64,000 bases of DNA, from assembly GCF_009914755.1 (NCBI RefSeq), contig NC_060935.1. The stretch is one strand, 5' to 3'. The DNA comes from the human T2T-CHM13v2.0 reference genome, Homo sapiens. Of the stretch, positions 26,966 through 39,342 are shown piece by piece (the first letter of the stretch is position 1; every line of letters begins with the position of its first letter). A program made the translations under genes and the position numbers. The notes beneath the pieces were generated by a model, which did no database searches, was not told the origin of the DNA, and saw only the letters and a list, made by a program, of their open reading frames with translations.

Positions 26966-28449
26966 GTTGGGCTAACCAATTTGACTGCCTATGACAGGGA
27001 AGCCTGATTAACCAGTATAAATTAATTCATTTACATCTTATTTTCTTCATTGATAACAAAAAATGAGGGTAATGGATTCTAAAAGAGTTGTGAATACTTC
27101 TGCTTAAGGAATAAATGGACTTCACAGTACCTCATCTAGACTTGTCACAGTACTTACTACTTTCTCCCTCATAGTTTTCTAGTGTTCCTGTTTTGCAGCT
27201 TCCTAGAGCAAGTTCAGCTCACATCTTCATTTGCATCTTACCTTTCTTAGTAACTAATAGATGCCTGCTGTATAGCAAAAACTGAAATATTTGCTAAATG
27301 AAAACACACAAACAAATCTGCAAGGAATCAAAAGCAGCAGCAAGTCTGATACTATACAAGGGTTAACTGGATTTGTTCTCCTTCAAATTGGGTTCTGTGA
27401 CCATGAACCACTGTTAATATCTTCAGAAATAAGAAACCTTGTAATGGTAAAATATAACTTCATAAACTTCTATTACAATTCTAGATACTATAAAAATCAA
27501 AATATATTCCCACTCTCTAAAATCTTAATTTAACAGAACAGTTAAGCACTCAGCGAGTATTTATAGACTTCATTGCCTTATGGTAGAGATTTGGTGGTAA
27601 ATATTCAGAATTAGACATTTGCTCTCAAGGAATTTACAAGTGTTTAATGTCGTTCTTCTCCCTTAACCACACTTTAAATATATTTTTATGATCCATCAAA
27701 AGAGCCCTGTTCTAATATCAAATGATACATTCCGCTTGTCTGTATACAATATATTCTGTGCAATTCATCTCACAGAGAAGAGCTTACTTTTTTATTAAAT
27801 TTTGGCAGTTCACTAAATATCAGAAACCTTATATTTAATCAGATATTTTAAAAGCATGTACTGACAAGCTTGTACATAAAATTAAAAAAATTAAACCAAC
27901 TTAAATGTCTAGTTATATCTAATAATTTCTTACTTCATTTAGCAAACCAGAGAACTCATTGCTTGAAATAAAAGTTTATTCCCCTTTTAATTATAATGAC
28001 CATTGATTTATGTAAGTTAGTGTTTAACCCTGTGACACTCTTCTAGAGATCACTTGGACTCCGCCAGAACCCTGTTAAGTCCTCATTTCTAAGTGCAAGC
28101 CCTCTCTCTCCCTCTCGACTATGCTTTTCAGATACTCGCTTTCCTTACTCTTCCACAAATGACTTTGAAAAATAAAAGCCAAAATGGCAATAGAATTTTA
28201 TACCCAAGCCTCTAGACTCCTCAATGCCTTTACCAATACTCCTTCATCTCCTGCAAATGACTTCCTGGTTTGCTACCTGGGAAATAAATTCTACTCACTT
28301 TTAACATACAGTTCTAAAGGTCTATCCTGGAGAATGTCTCTAATGTCACTACACCAAGGTCAAGTTACTTACTCCTCTGGACTTTGTATAACCCAACATA
28401 ATTATGACATTCCAAGTATTGGAACAAGCTTCTCATGGATTATCTTATT

Positions 28450-28620
28450 TTATCTGCACAGCAGTCCTGGGAATAATACTTACTGTTTATAGTTCTTATT
28501 TTACGGTGAAATAAAAGGTAGCTAAGAAAGGTTAGTTAATGTGCTTGAATTCACTACATGGAGGAGCTATGATTCAAATCTTGGTTTTCAGGACTACAAA
28601 CCCTGAGTTCATAGCCACCA
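28450..28620 (-). mobile_element. MIR SINE nested in L2 (~28130-28790)
   Basis: ttattttacggtgaaataa...ggttagttaatgtgcttg...gattcaaatcttgg. Confidence 0.55.
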
Positions 28621-30689
28621 AGTTACACAACATGTTGTTAAAGCAAATTAACTTGTTTTTCAAGAATTATTTATCCCATGGTCATTCTGTATCTAGGTAG
28701 TGAGTTCCTTGCAGAAATTAACCTATCATTGTATTCTTAGTGCCTGGAACCTAATAGGAGTTTAATAAGTATTTGATGGATGGGTTGATAGGTTGGTGAA
28801 TAGAGTGAGAAGACTGAACGAATGACCAAAATAAACAAAAAACCTAATACCTGTAGATTGCCTTGTGATCTAACATGGAGATAAGATTGAATTCTTAGGT
28901 TAGCTTCACCATCCTCTGCCCTGCCTTGTTCAACCTTTGCTACCACCCAGGTATATGAGCATATTGTGATTGCTTTTCACCCCCTGTTATTAATATAACA
29001 ATTTTCATCACTGGGAGTGCTTATATAATGCATCACTGACATCTGAGTAGTACTTTAATTTCTCATATATTATTCCAGATAATGCATGTGATATTGTGAG
29101 GTTCGCATTTCCTAAACAGTAGATTTACTTCCCACAGAGTAGGAACCCAATAACTGTTAAATGCATTAATGAACCAATAAAAAATGAATACATGAAGGAC
29201 TTCATCAATCAATTAATCAACTAATCAATGCTCAAGTATAGAAACTGTAGGCATTAACTTACTAGCTCATATTTATTTCAGACTATGACTAACAGCATTC
29301 ATACTCACTGCCCAAATATGCCTCTGTGACAGATACAATGGTAAGCTTCTATTCACACCAAATTGTAAAATCCTTGTAATAGTCCTAGAAGGTATGTGTT
29401 TTTAATGCCATCTCAGACATATGCAAATAAAGAATCAGAGAGCTTAAGTTCAATGGATGAAGAAACTAATCATCTATGAAACAGCATAGCTCAGATTCAA
29501 ACCATGCCATTCTTATTCTTCATTGTCTGCTCTTTCCTTTGTATATGGATTGTAGAATGTCTGTGCTATATGTAAACCACTATAATTCCTACTTTCCTAA
29601 TGACACTGAGGTTTATTGATCAGACATATTGCTGGAGTTACCATCCCTCATCTTGAGAAAAACATTTAAAAGTATGGAAAAAGCTGAATCCTCAATTACA
29701 TATAACTTGCTTCATTAAACTGGCTTCAGTTGCTTTCTGAAGATCTGTGGTGAAATAGAGCCAAGTGCTTCCCCTAAATAACTCAGCACAATCTATCATC
29801 TGCTCCTTGCCTCCCACCTCCTTCTCCATACATAGAAAGATAATCATGTATTTATGTAGGGCCTTTCATAGCTCAACATATTTTTCAGTGGGTGATTCAT
29901 TTTGGGGAGGCTTTCTTGTGTTTACCAACTTGGCATATTCTCCAAAGGTAAAACTGCAGCTGGCATATGTACATTTTCTCAGGACAAATTCTGTACACCT
30001 GTTTTATCCCAAATTGAGGACTTACTGGTTTTAGATCCATGCTAGACTTATAGAAAGATTGAAAGAAAAATAAAGGAACTTAATGGATTCTGCCTTTAAG
30101 GTAATAGGTTGTATCTTTAAAGAAAATGTAATGGCTTTAAATTATTTGTTTTCTTGTGTAAAATATCAATTCACTAATCAAAAGAAAATCTTTTAGATCA
30201 TTTGCAATATTAGACTATATATGAAATAAGATTTTTGCAATGAATCAATTCCTAAGGTGAGAAATCAGAAATCACTTCAAGAGGGAAAATATAGGGGCTA
30301 AATGTTTATGATAAGTTAATTTCTGTAAATGAACATTTACATTAGAATGAATTTTTCTGGTGGCAAAGTTAAAAAAGAAAGACACTTCGTGGCTCATAGC
30401 CTTCACTGATAAAAGAAAATAAGATGATCATCAAAAGAGGCAATTTCTTCCTGTGTCCTGCACCAGGAGAATTTCACCTTGGGCAGAGCCAAAAATGAAA
30501 TGGAGGAGCATGGCCTCTGGATTACACAGTCCTGGATAGGGCCTTTTCCATGCATAAACTTGGATAGATTATTCTACCATTCTAAGGCTCACCTCAGTAA
30601 AACTAGTTTGTGTCTAACAACTAATTCAAAAGAGCATATGTAATGCAGTTGGAAGAAAAAATAATAATGCCAACATAATTCCAGATTCA

Positions 30690-31545
30690 CCTAACTTTAG
30701 AAACAAAACGTGACCAATACCATTGGAGACCCTGGATGTCTCCTGCAGGTCCCAGCCCCTGTGCTCCTCCTACTCTCAGAAATAATCAAGCTTCTGAATT
30801 TTTAGAGTAGCCATTCCCTTACTGTAGAGTTTTCCCCTGAACTGTGTATCCTAAGCAAGACATGGTTTAAGTGTTTGTGTTTATGAAATTTACATACATA
30901 TAATCATACAAAACACATTTTTCTACAAATTTCTTTTACACCCAATTTTGAGTTTGAGATTTATCCCGTTAGATGCATTTAACTGTAGTTCAGTAATTTT
31001 CACTATTGTGTAGCATTCTGTATGTAACTATAATAAGACAATTTACTTCATCATTTGACTGCAATAATCATTTTGGTTTTTTTCTCCAGTTTTGTTTTGT
31101 TTTGCTATTTTAAAAAAATGCTTCTATGAACATTCTTGTCTATTTCTCCTGGTGCACATGTGTGAAAGTATCTACAGGGTACATTCTTAGAAGAGTGATT
31201 GCTGGGTCAAAAGTATATAAATCCCGTCCCCAACAATCAGGCCCGATGGACAGCACAACAGGTACTCATATTGGATTAATCACAATGAAGCACTGATAAA
31301 AAAAATTATCCCTGCAAGCACCCACAATTTTTTACTTTTCTAGATAATATCAAACTGTTTTCCAGAATGTTAATGCCAATTTACATTTTTACCTGCAGTC
31401 CTTATTGCTCCACATTCTAGACAACAGTTGGATATCTTAATTTCTTTAAATCTGATGGATAAAATGTTCATTGTCATTGTAATATGAATTTACCTTATTT
31501 CTAATGAAGTTGAGCATATTTTATATGCTTATTGACTACTCATTT
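30690..31545 (-). mobile_element. Old L1M (ME-type) fragment interrupted by an orphan insert
   Basis: tgcttctatgaacattcttgtc...gattgctgggtcaaaagtata [insert] tttctagataatatcaaactgttttccag...gaagttgagcatattttatatgcttattg. Confidence 0.75.
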
Positions 31546-32227
31546 CTTAACTTCATCTCTAAAGCTCAAACAGTAACATATTTCATACATGCTTATTAAA
31601 AAAATGAAAATATACATGAACCTAAAGTACCCAGCACAAGTCTTGGTACAGAGCTGGTGTTTAATACTTATCAAAACCTACCATTAGTCCCCATTCTCCT
31701 TAAAATTGAAAACTATTTGATAAAATGAGGAATAACATCTACCTCTAATGCTTCTTAAAATAAAAGCACCAAAATATTATCCAAATAAATGCTTTTAGAG
31801 TGCGCGTATGGCACAAACACAAATTCACACACCAAAACCCATTTATCCAATATTTAAAGTCATTTTTGTAAGAAGCTAAAGTTAAATTGTCCTATTATAT
31901 TCATGTTTTGCAATCTGATTTTACACAGAGAAAGAACTTGAAAGTAAACAAGAATTTGGCAAATGAGGAAAGTATTCCAAAAAGAAATGTCACAAACTCT
32001 AGGGGTTTTGTTTATTTTTTTAACATTTTTGGTCGTGGGAGAGGCTCTGAGTCCAAAATCACAGTGGAGATACACTTTAAATGAGAGTAAGGGTAGTGAA
32101 GTCCAATTTTGTATAAATTTTAAAGAAACAAATATTTATGGTAGCAGTAAACCAATAAGCGTTAGTTAAAAAAAAATACTAATGCTGTACAACTTTCTAG
32201 ATTCTGTGGATCTAGCAACTACTTTTT

Positions 32228-32519
32228 TTTTTTTTTTTTTGATACGGAGTCTCGCTCTATCCCCCAGACTGGAATGCAGTGGCGTGATCTCAGCTCACTG
32301 CAACCTCCACCTCCTGGTTCAAGCGATTCTCCTGCCTCAGCCTCCCAAGTAGCTGGGACTACAGGCGTGTACCACCATGCCCAGCTAATTTTTGTATTTT
32401 TAGTCGAGACAGGGTTTAACCATGTTGGCCAGGATGGCCTCTATCTCCTGACCTCGTGATCCACCTGCCTTGGCTTCTCAAAGTGCTGGGATTACAGGCA
32501 TGAGCCACTGCACCTGACC
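32228..32519 (-). mobile_element. Full-length AluS (Sc-like)
   Basis: TSD tagcaactacttttt at 32213-27 and 32520-34. Confidence 0.97.
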
Positions 32520-32671
32520 TAGCAACTACTTTTTGTAATGGTTAATACACAAAACAGTCTTCCAGGAAATCGTCAGGAACTCTTTTTATCAGTTCCCCAA
32601 ATTTTGGAGAAATTCCAAGAGCAATGTAGCTACTTTTAGGGATATAAAACTAAATCTTAAAAGTGCATATG

Positions 32672-32758
32672 GGGCTGCTCTGTCTATAGAGCAGCCATTC
32701 TTTTTTTCCTTTACTTTTTAATAAACTTACTTTCACTTCGGAAAAAAAAAAAAAAAAA
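32672..32758 (+). pseudogene. Short polyadenylated retrocopy of a MER41-like LTR R region
   Basis: gggctgctctgtctatagagcagccattc...AATAAActtactttcactt + A17; flanked by aaaagtgca(t/g)atg. Confidence 0.7.
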
Positions 32759-32767
32759 GTGCAGATG

Positions 32768-33053
32768 GGCCGGTGCGGTGGCCCATGCCTGTAATCCTAG
32801 CACTTTGGCAGGCTGAGGTGGGCAGACCCACTGATGTCAGAGTTCGACACAAGACTGGCCAACATGGCAAAACCCTGTCTCTACCAAAAATACAAAAATT
32901 AGCTGGGCATGATGGCGGGGACCTGTAATCCCTGTAATCCCAGCTACTTGGGATGCTGAGGCAGGAGAACCGCTTGAATCCAAGGGCAGAGGTTGCAGTG
33001 AGCTGCGATTGCACCACATCACTCCAGCCTGGGCGAAAGAGCAAAACCCTGTC

Positions 33054-33086
<33 letters not shown>
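32768..33086 (+). mobile_element. Full-length AluS (Sx/Sq-like) with internal cctgtaatc duplication
   Basis: TSD aaaagtgcagatg at 32755-67 and 33083-95. Confidence 0.97.
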
Positions 33087-33088
<2 letters not shown>

Positions 33089-33469
33089 GCAGATGATATT
33101 ACCTTCTTTGAATGATTATTTTTAAATTTAGGGAGCAAATATATAAATTGGCTAAAGAGTAGTAGACACTCAATAATAATTATTTATCCAATAATGCTTT
33201 ATTCATTCAAGAAATATATATAAAGGGCCTGATATGTGTTGCATACTGTGCTAGGCACTGTAATATATGTATTCCAAAAGAAAAAAATAATAAAACAAAC
33301 TAAAGCAGAACCAACCCATACTACTGATATATATGTGTATATATCAGCTTCCACATAAATCTTTTCAACAGATGTTGATTTGAATATTGGCATAATGCTC
33401 TAGTTATCATAAAATATACATTAACAGAATAAAACTTTCTTTTACCTTTTCTTTCATTAATTATATATT

Positions 33470-33664
33470 TCAGACTGGCCAGTCATTTTTGTGGAGGCTG
33501 TCCTGTGCATTATTGCATGTTTGGCTGCATTCTTGGCTTCCCTTGCTAAATTACTCAATGCAAATGGCACCTCTACCCCACCCTGTGTTGTGATCACAAG
33601 AATATTACCAGACATTGCCAAATGTGCCCTGGGGGGCAAAATCACACCCAGTTGAGAGTCACTG
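33470..33664 (-). mobile_element. MER20 hAT DNA-transposon fossil
   Basis: ccagacattgccaaatgtgccctggggggcaaaatcacacccagttgagagtcactg. Confidence 0.88.
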
Positions 33665-33971
33665 GGCTAGGATAAATCGTAGAGCTCAAAGAGCAGTAGA
33701 TGGAGAAAGAAGACCTAGTATTGAAACTAGCTTTGACCACTGACTACTTCTGCATTTATTTAACTAGGGATAGAATTTAGAAACCAGAGCATGTAGCAGT
33801 AGAGCCATGCTACTGGGATTTTCAGAAATTTTGGAAGTTCCATTATGCCCATGAAACAAGGTCTAAACTTTTAAGCACCAGGGTAAAAGTGACTTAGAAT
33901 GAGTAACAAACTCAAATTCCCAGCTTTAACATCTATATAACTTATGGTCCAGTAACATAAATACCAGATAT

Positions 33972-34731
33972 TGTTATCTGGGGGTCTTTGTTCTTAGCGC
34001 TCCCAAGATGAGGGCCGGCTACTCCCAAGATGGGAGCAAGCCTTTTGTTCTCTGACCTGGGGTTCTTGGCCTCACAGATTTCAAGGAATGGAACCTCGGG
34101 CCATGCAGTGAGTGTTATAGCTCTATTAGAAGCTGTGGGTCATGGAAAGGAACTGTGGAACCCAGCGACTAGTGTTCAGCTCAATTAGGAATAACCTGGG
34201 CACTTAGCCATGAGGGAACAATGGCGAGCCTTTAGCCCTGATCGGGAGCAGCAGTGGGCGCCTCGCTGGATCAGAAGTGGACACCCTGCCGGATCCGGAG
34301 GGGTGGAAATCAAAGACAGGTCTGCGACAACAGTGCTCAGCAGTGGTGGACGGCGAGCAAAAGCTCAGCTCCAGCCAGAACAAACACAGACCGGAAGAGT
34401 GTGCAGTTGCAAGATTTAATACAGTGAAAACAGAGCTCCCATGCAACGGGAAGGGACCCAAAGGGGCTTGCCACTGCAGGCTAGAAATGCCTGGCTTTAT
34501 ATCCCAATCATTGTCCCTCCCACTGTGCTCTCAGGCGATAGATGATTTGACTATTTCTTTACCTCCTGCTTTTAGCCTAATTGGTATTTTAGTGAGCCCT
34601 CTTTACTACCTGATAGGTCGGGTGTGAGCTGACTTACAAGCCCGGTGTTTAAAGATGGGTGCGGTCTCCTTCCCCAGCTAGGCTTAGGAATTCTTAGTTG
34701 GCCTAGGAAATCCAGCTAGTCCTGTCTCTCA
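33972..34731 (-). mobile_element. HERV-W solo LTR (LTR17), full length
   Basis: Reverse complement starts TGAGAGACAGGACTAGCTGGATTTCCTAGGCC, ends ...TAACA; 4-bp TSD ATAT (33968-71, 34732-35); TATAAA 34496-501 and ATTAAA 34415-20 on minus strand. Confidence 0.93.
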
Positions 34732-34802
34732 ATATCTTATGTTGGTGTACTCTCTGTGTCATTTTCTAAAACACAGTTTCCTTGTCTGTAAAAGGAGGGG
34801 TG

Positions 34803-35161
34803 TGTCAGGCCTCTGAGCCCAAGCCTGCACGTATACATCCAGATGGCCTGAGGCAACTGAAGAATCATAAAAGAAGTGAAAATGGCCTGTTCCTGTCTTA
34901 ACTGATGACATTATCTTGTGAAATTCCTTCTCCTGGACAATGAGTCTCAGAAGCTCCCCAGCTGAGCACCTTGTGACCCCCGCCCCTGCCCACAAGAGAA
35001 CAACCCCCTTCGACTGTAATTTTCCACTACCCACCCAAATCCTATAAAACTGCCCCACCCCATCTCCCTTTGCTGACTGCTTTTTTGACCCAGGTGATTC
35101 AAAAGCTTTATTGCTCACACAAAGCCTGTTTGGTGGTCTCTTCACATGGACGTGCGTGACA
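34803..35161 (+). mobile_element. HERV-H solo LTR (LTR7 family)
   Basis: Starts TGTCAGGCCTCTGAGCCCAAGC, ends gcctgtttggtggtctcttcac...TGACA; 5-bp TSD GGGTG/GGGCG; TATAAAA 35043-49. Confidence 0.93.
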
Positions 35162-36159
35162 GGGCGACTTCTCAGTTCCCAAGTTTGGGTTGAAAACCCA
35201 GCTAAGGATTTCTATGAGTCCATATATTTACTTCTTTGTCATCCTTCACCATACATTGTTATAATTAATTATTTGTTTGTGTTTCCCTCTAGAGTGTAAG
35301 CAGAGACAATGTCTTATTAACCACTGTATCACAAGTTCCTAGCCCAGTTTTTGACATGTGATAAACATTAATCGAGTGAATGATTTTATGAATCTCTGTT
35401 TTCAAGTTTGTTGACTCAGCTTCCTCTCTTTCTCTCTCTCTCTCTGTCTTTCTTGCTTCAACATTTGCTTTCATTTTACTACCAATATTACCAGAATCCA
35501 TAATGACAGACAGGTTATATAAACAGCCACAGTTTGTTATGATTTTAAGGGCTTCTGCACTTAACCTAGTCATTTCTACAGTTGCTCACCAGTAAATGGA
35601 ATTCACAGAACAGGAGACAGAGACTTTCATCTGAATATTAGGAAGCTTATTTTAAATAAAAATATCTCTGAGAAAGGAAACTCAGTTTGCTCATTTAAAA
35701 ACTGTACTCAGTTGTACCCACTACATAGAATTGTTGTGCCAATAAAATGAGTCCTTTCCAAACTAAAATCTCTAAGAAAATGGGAGAGTTTTCTTTTGTT
35801 TTGGCTTATAATTAAGTGGAAGTGACTGATATCATGTATTTTCTCAATAATCAAACTGGCCTAGGAAATCATGGAATCTTCTTCAGGCCACTTACTGAGA
35901 ACAAAACACCCCCTGAAGAATGTTCATGATAGATGTTCATTTAAGTACTATTATCAGCAATTCTTATGTCAGGTTCAAGAAAAATCCCAGCCCATGAGTA
36001 GAGCAGCATGAAGAAACTACGGATTTCCCAAGACCAACTCTGACCTTCTTGGTATTATTCTTATCTTGGTTGTAATATTAAAATGTGGAACGATTAAGGC
36101 TTCTCAATGAAGCTTCTAAACGAGATGATCTTAACACAGACACAGAAAACTAGGAGAGA

Positions 36160-36335
36160 GCTTGAGACTAGAAACCAGAGGAATTAGTTTGGAAACCTAG
36201 CACTACCACTTACTAGCTATGTGATTCTGAACACATGGTACAACTCTCTGAATCTCACTTTCCTCAAATGTAAAATGGGCATAATAAAAAATACCTTAGA
36301 GAGATGGGATGAAGCTAATATAAATGAAAATTCAA
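36160..36335 (+). mobile_element. MIR SINE
   Basis: ccacttactagctatgtga...ctctctgaatctcactttcctcaaatgtaaaatgggcataata. Confidence 0.8.
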
Positions 36336-36389
36336 AGTGACTAGAATGTTAGGAGAAATGCCATCACAGAAAATAAATGGATAAAGTAA

Positions 36390-36751
36390 TGTCTTAGTTT
36401 ATTTGGGCAACTATAACAAAATATCTTAGACTGGTTGGCTTATAAACAACAGAAGTTTGTATCTCACAAGTCTGGAGGCTGGGAAGTCCAAGATAAGAGT
36501 GCTAGTGTAGTCTGATTTTGGTGAGGATCCTCTCTGCAGACCACTGACTTCTTGCTGGGTCCTCACATAGTAAAGGGGCACAGGAACTCCTCTGGGCCAT
36601 TTTTGTAAAGCTACTCAGCCCATTCATGAGAGTTCTGCCCTCGTGATCTAATCACATCCCTAAATGCCCAACCTCCTAATATCATTTTGGGGGATAGGAT
36701 TTTAACATATAAATTTGGGCAGCAGGGGATACAAATATTCAGACTATAGCA
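36390..36751 (-). mobile_element. MLT1A/MSTD-like solo LTR
   Basis: tgtcttagttt...ggcttataaacaacagaa...ctggaggctgggaagtccaagat...attcagactatagca. Confidence 0.85.
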
Positions 36752-37425
36752 AAGGGTAAATAATTGAAAATATTTTAACCTAAGGTGGCTTATTTGATCT
36801 GTTGGCTTGTTTTGAGAATCTTTTTCTTAGGGATGAAAAGAACACTGCAAGATTGGCTCAATTTCTATACTTCTGTTTAAGAGAGAGGAGAAGAGCAGAA
36901 GAAGGGAGGTGAGAGAAGAGAGAAATTACAGGCTGGTGCTTAGTCTCATGGCTTAGCAAACAGTCTGGGGATGGAAGAGCTTCTTTTTGTGAGGAAAGAA
37001 AAAAAAAGTCTCCTAAAAATAGTTTTACCTATCTTGAGATAATTACAACCCTTGAGAATTAGAAGTATTAAGAGGTACATAGAGCCATACACAACCTCCA
37101 GAGTATGAGTCAGCTCTAACTCACCCCATCTCTCTCCTAGTTTGTGTAGTTAATTACAAACTTTCTCATCCTAACAAAATCATTAAGAGTCAGACACAGA
37201 GGACAGGGCATGGGAAATTAATTCCATTAATTTCATTTAGAAAAGTAGGATATTTGTGGAAGAGGTTGTCTGTCTGTCAAATCGCTAAAGCAAACAGGTT
37301 CGTGGTTTTTAGTTACTAAATCAAATGTATGAATCATCTAAGAGATAGTGTGCTCCAAGGAAATAGGGATTTATAGTCTCAGCTCCAACACTAAAAAAAG
37401 TGACTAGGGATACCATTTTAGCCCT

Positions 37426-37891
37426 CTAGAGTGGGTTGAATACTGTACCCACAAATTTATGTCTACTCAGAACCTAAAAATGTGAAATTTTTGGGAAATA
37501 AGGTATTTGTTGATATAATTAATTAGTTAAGGATCTTGACGTTAAGTCACTCTTGATTTAGACTTGGCCCTAAATTCAATGACTAGTGTTTTTATTAGAA
37601 GAGGATAGGACACAGAGAGACATGGAGAGGAGAAGGTCATGTGAAGACAGAGGTAGACATCAAAGTAGTGTACCTAGAAGTCAAGCAACACCAGGTATTG
37701 CTGGCAATCACCAGAAGCTAGGAGAGAGGCATGGGGCATTTGTCTCTCAGAGACTTCATAAGGAACAACTCCTGCCAATAACTTGATTTCAGGCTTCTGG
37801 CCTCCTGAATGGTGAACAAATGCATTTCTGTTGCTTTAGGCAACCAAGTTTGTTCTCTTTTGGTATGGCAGCCATGGAAGACACTAATATA
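37426..37891 (+). mobile_element. MLT1 solo LTR
   Basis: gtgggttgaatactgtaccc...gccctaaattcaatgactagtg...caccagaagctaggagagaggcatgg...cactaatata. Confidence 0.82.
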
Positions 37892-37934
37892 CTTTCCCTG
37901 TCCTTTAACTGTCTAATTTGTGATACACTGAAAT

Positions 37935-38380
37935 CGAGTTATACATTTATCAACTATTGATTCACGAATTTCGCTGTATTTGGGCTGGGGTAACAATAAT
38001 AGAAAGACATAGACCTGCCATCAAAGAGTTTACATAGCAGTTGGGAACTGAGACGTTAATTAGAAAATAAAAAACAGCCCTGAAGGGGCTATCATAGTAA
38101 TCAGTAGAAGGTGTTAGGGGAAAATGAGGTAACATGGAGGTGGGTAGAGATGGAGTCCTGGGAAAGGCAAGGAAAGCCTTCAAAAAGAGGGACCACTGGG
38201 ATAAGCACTGGGACAGAGGAGGGGGTGTCAGCCTGGTGGCCTCTTATGGAGTAAGGACTTTATGCAGTTTGCTATTTCACAAGAATTAAGTGGTAGGAAT
38301 GGGAAAGTAGGGAGACAAGAATAGAAGACAAGGTCAAATCATGAGTGAGGTACTTAAAAGCCTCACAATTTCACTGCAAG
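37935..38380 (-). mobile_element. L2 fragment
   Basis: acatttatcaactattg...agacatagacctgccatcaaagagtttacat...ggaaagccttc. Confidence 0.5.
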
Positions 38381-38385
38381 AATGT

Positions 38386-38780
38386 TGTTATTGATTGAAT
38401 GTTTGTGTTCTCCCAAAACTCATATGTTGAAATCCTGGCCCCCAAAGTTATGGTGTTTGGAGATAAGGCCTTTGAGAGATCATTAGATCATGAGAGTGGA
38501 GCCCTCATAAATGGGAGTAGTGCCTTTTTAAGAAGACACAAGGAAGCTTCCATTCTCTCTCTTTTTTTCTGCGTTCCATCATGTGAGAATACCACAAGAA
38601 GATGGCCAGCTACAAGTAGGAAGGGAGCCCTTGTTAGACACCAGGTATGCTTTCTCCTTTATCTTGGACTTCTCAGCCTCCAGAATTTTGAGAAATAAAT
38701 AAATATAAATAATGAACCTCTGTTGTCACGCCACCCAGACTATGGTATTTTTGTTTTGGCAACCCAAGCAGACTAAGACA
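38386..38780 (+). mobile_element. MLT1A-like solo LTR
   Basis: gattgaatgtttgtgttctcccaaaactcatatgttgaaatcct...gagaaataaat...gcagactaagaca. Confidence 0.88.
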
Positions 38781-39289
38781 GGAATGAACTTCAGTTTACT
38801 CATCTGTAAAATGTGTGGAGTGGACAAAGTCATAATTTTACCCCCAATTTCAAGATTCTGAAGATCTAGGAAGGTTAAAATTCTTGAAAGTTGTTTCAAT
38901 TTTGGCTCTGACACCAGGATAACTAAGCGTCAGATCTGTTCAATCAGAAATAACTATCACATGAGTAATATAAAAAAAGTATATGTAGTTAAGTGGCTGA
39001 TTAACTAAAATGCATTTCCGTGAAGTTCGGTACCAAAATGTTAGTTTAAGGAAACCAACACCTCCATTCAATCCCTGCACCTGAGTTTGTGTCTTAGTGA
39101 AAGATACACAGATCTTTGGCAATGCACAATCCAACTAAGAAGTCGTTTTGATTTTTGTTTAGGGACATAGAGTAAGTTTCAGTCCTATTCTGACATAACA
39201 GTATTAGAATACTGAACACGTAATCAATATGCAGTGAAGGATTTAAAAGACCATTGAGGTAACCAAGATGAAATCCAGCCCCCTACCTA

Positions 39290-39342
39290 AACACACACAC
39301 ACGTACACACACATACAAACACACACACAAACACACACACAC
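39290..39342. repeat. Interrupted (CA)n microsatellite
   Basis: Direct reading. Confidence 0.85.

Noticed and set aside
34204-35145. ORFs of 69-128 aa around the LTRs
   Set aside because: Chance frames in GC-richer LTR sequence; no gag/pol/env motifs, and TSDs show solo LTRs without internal sequence
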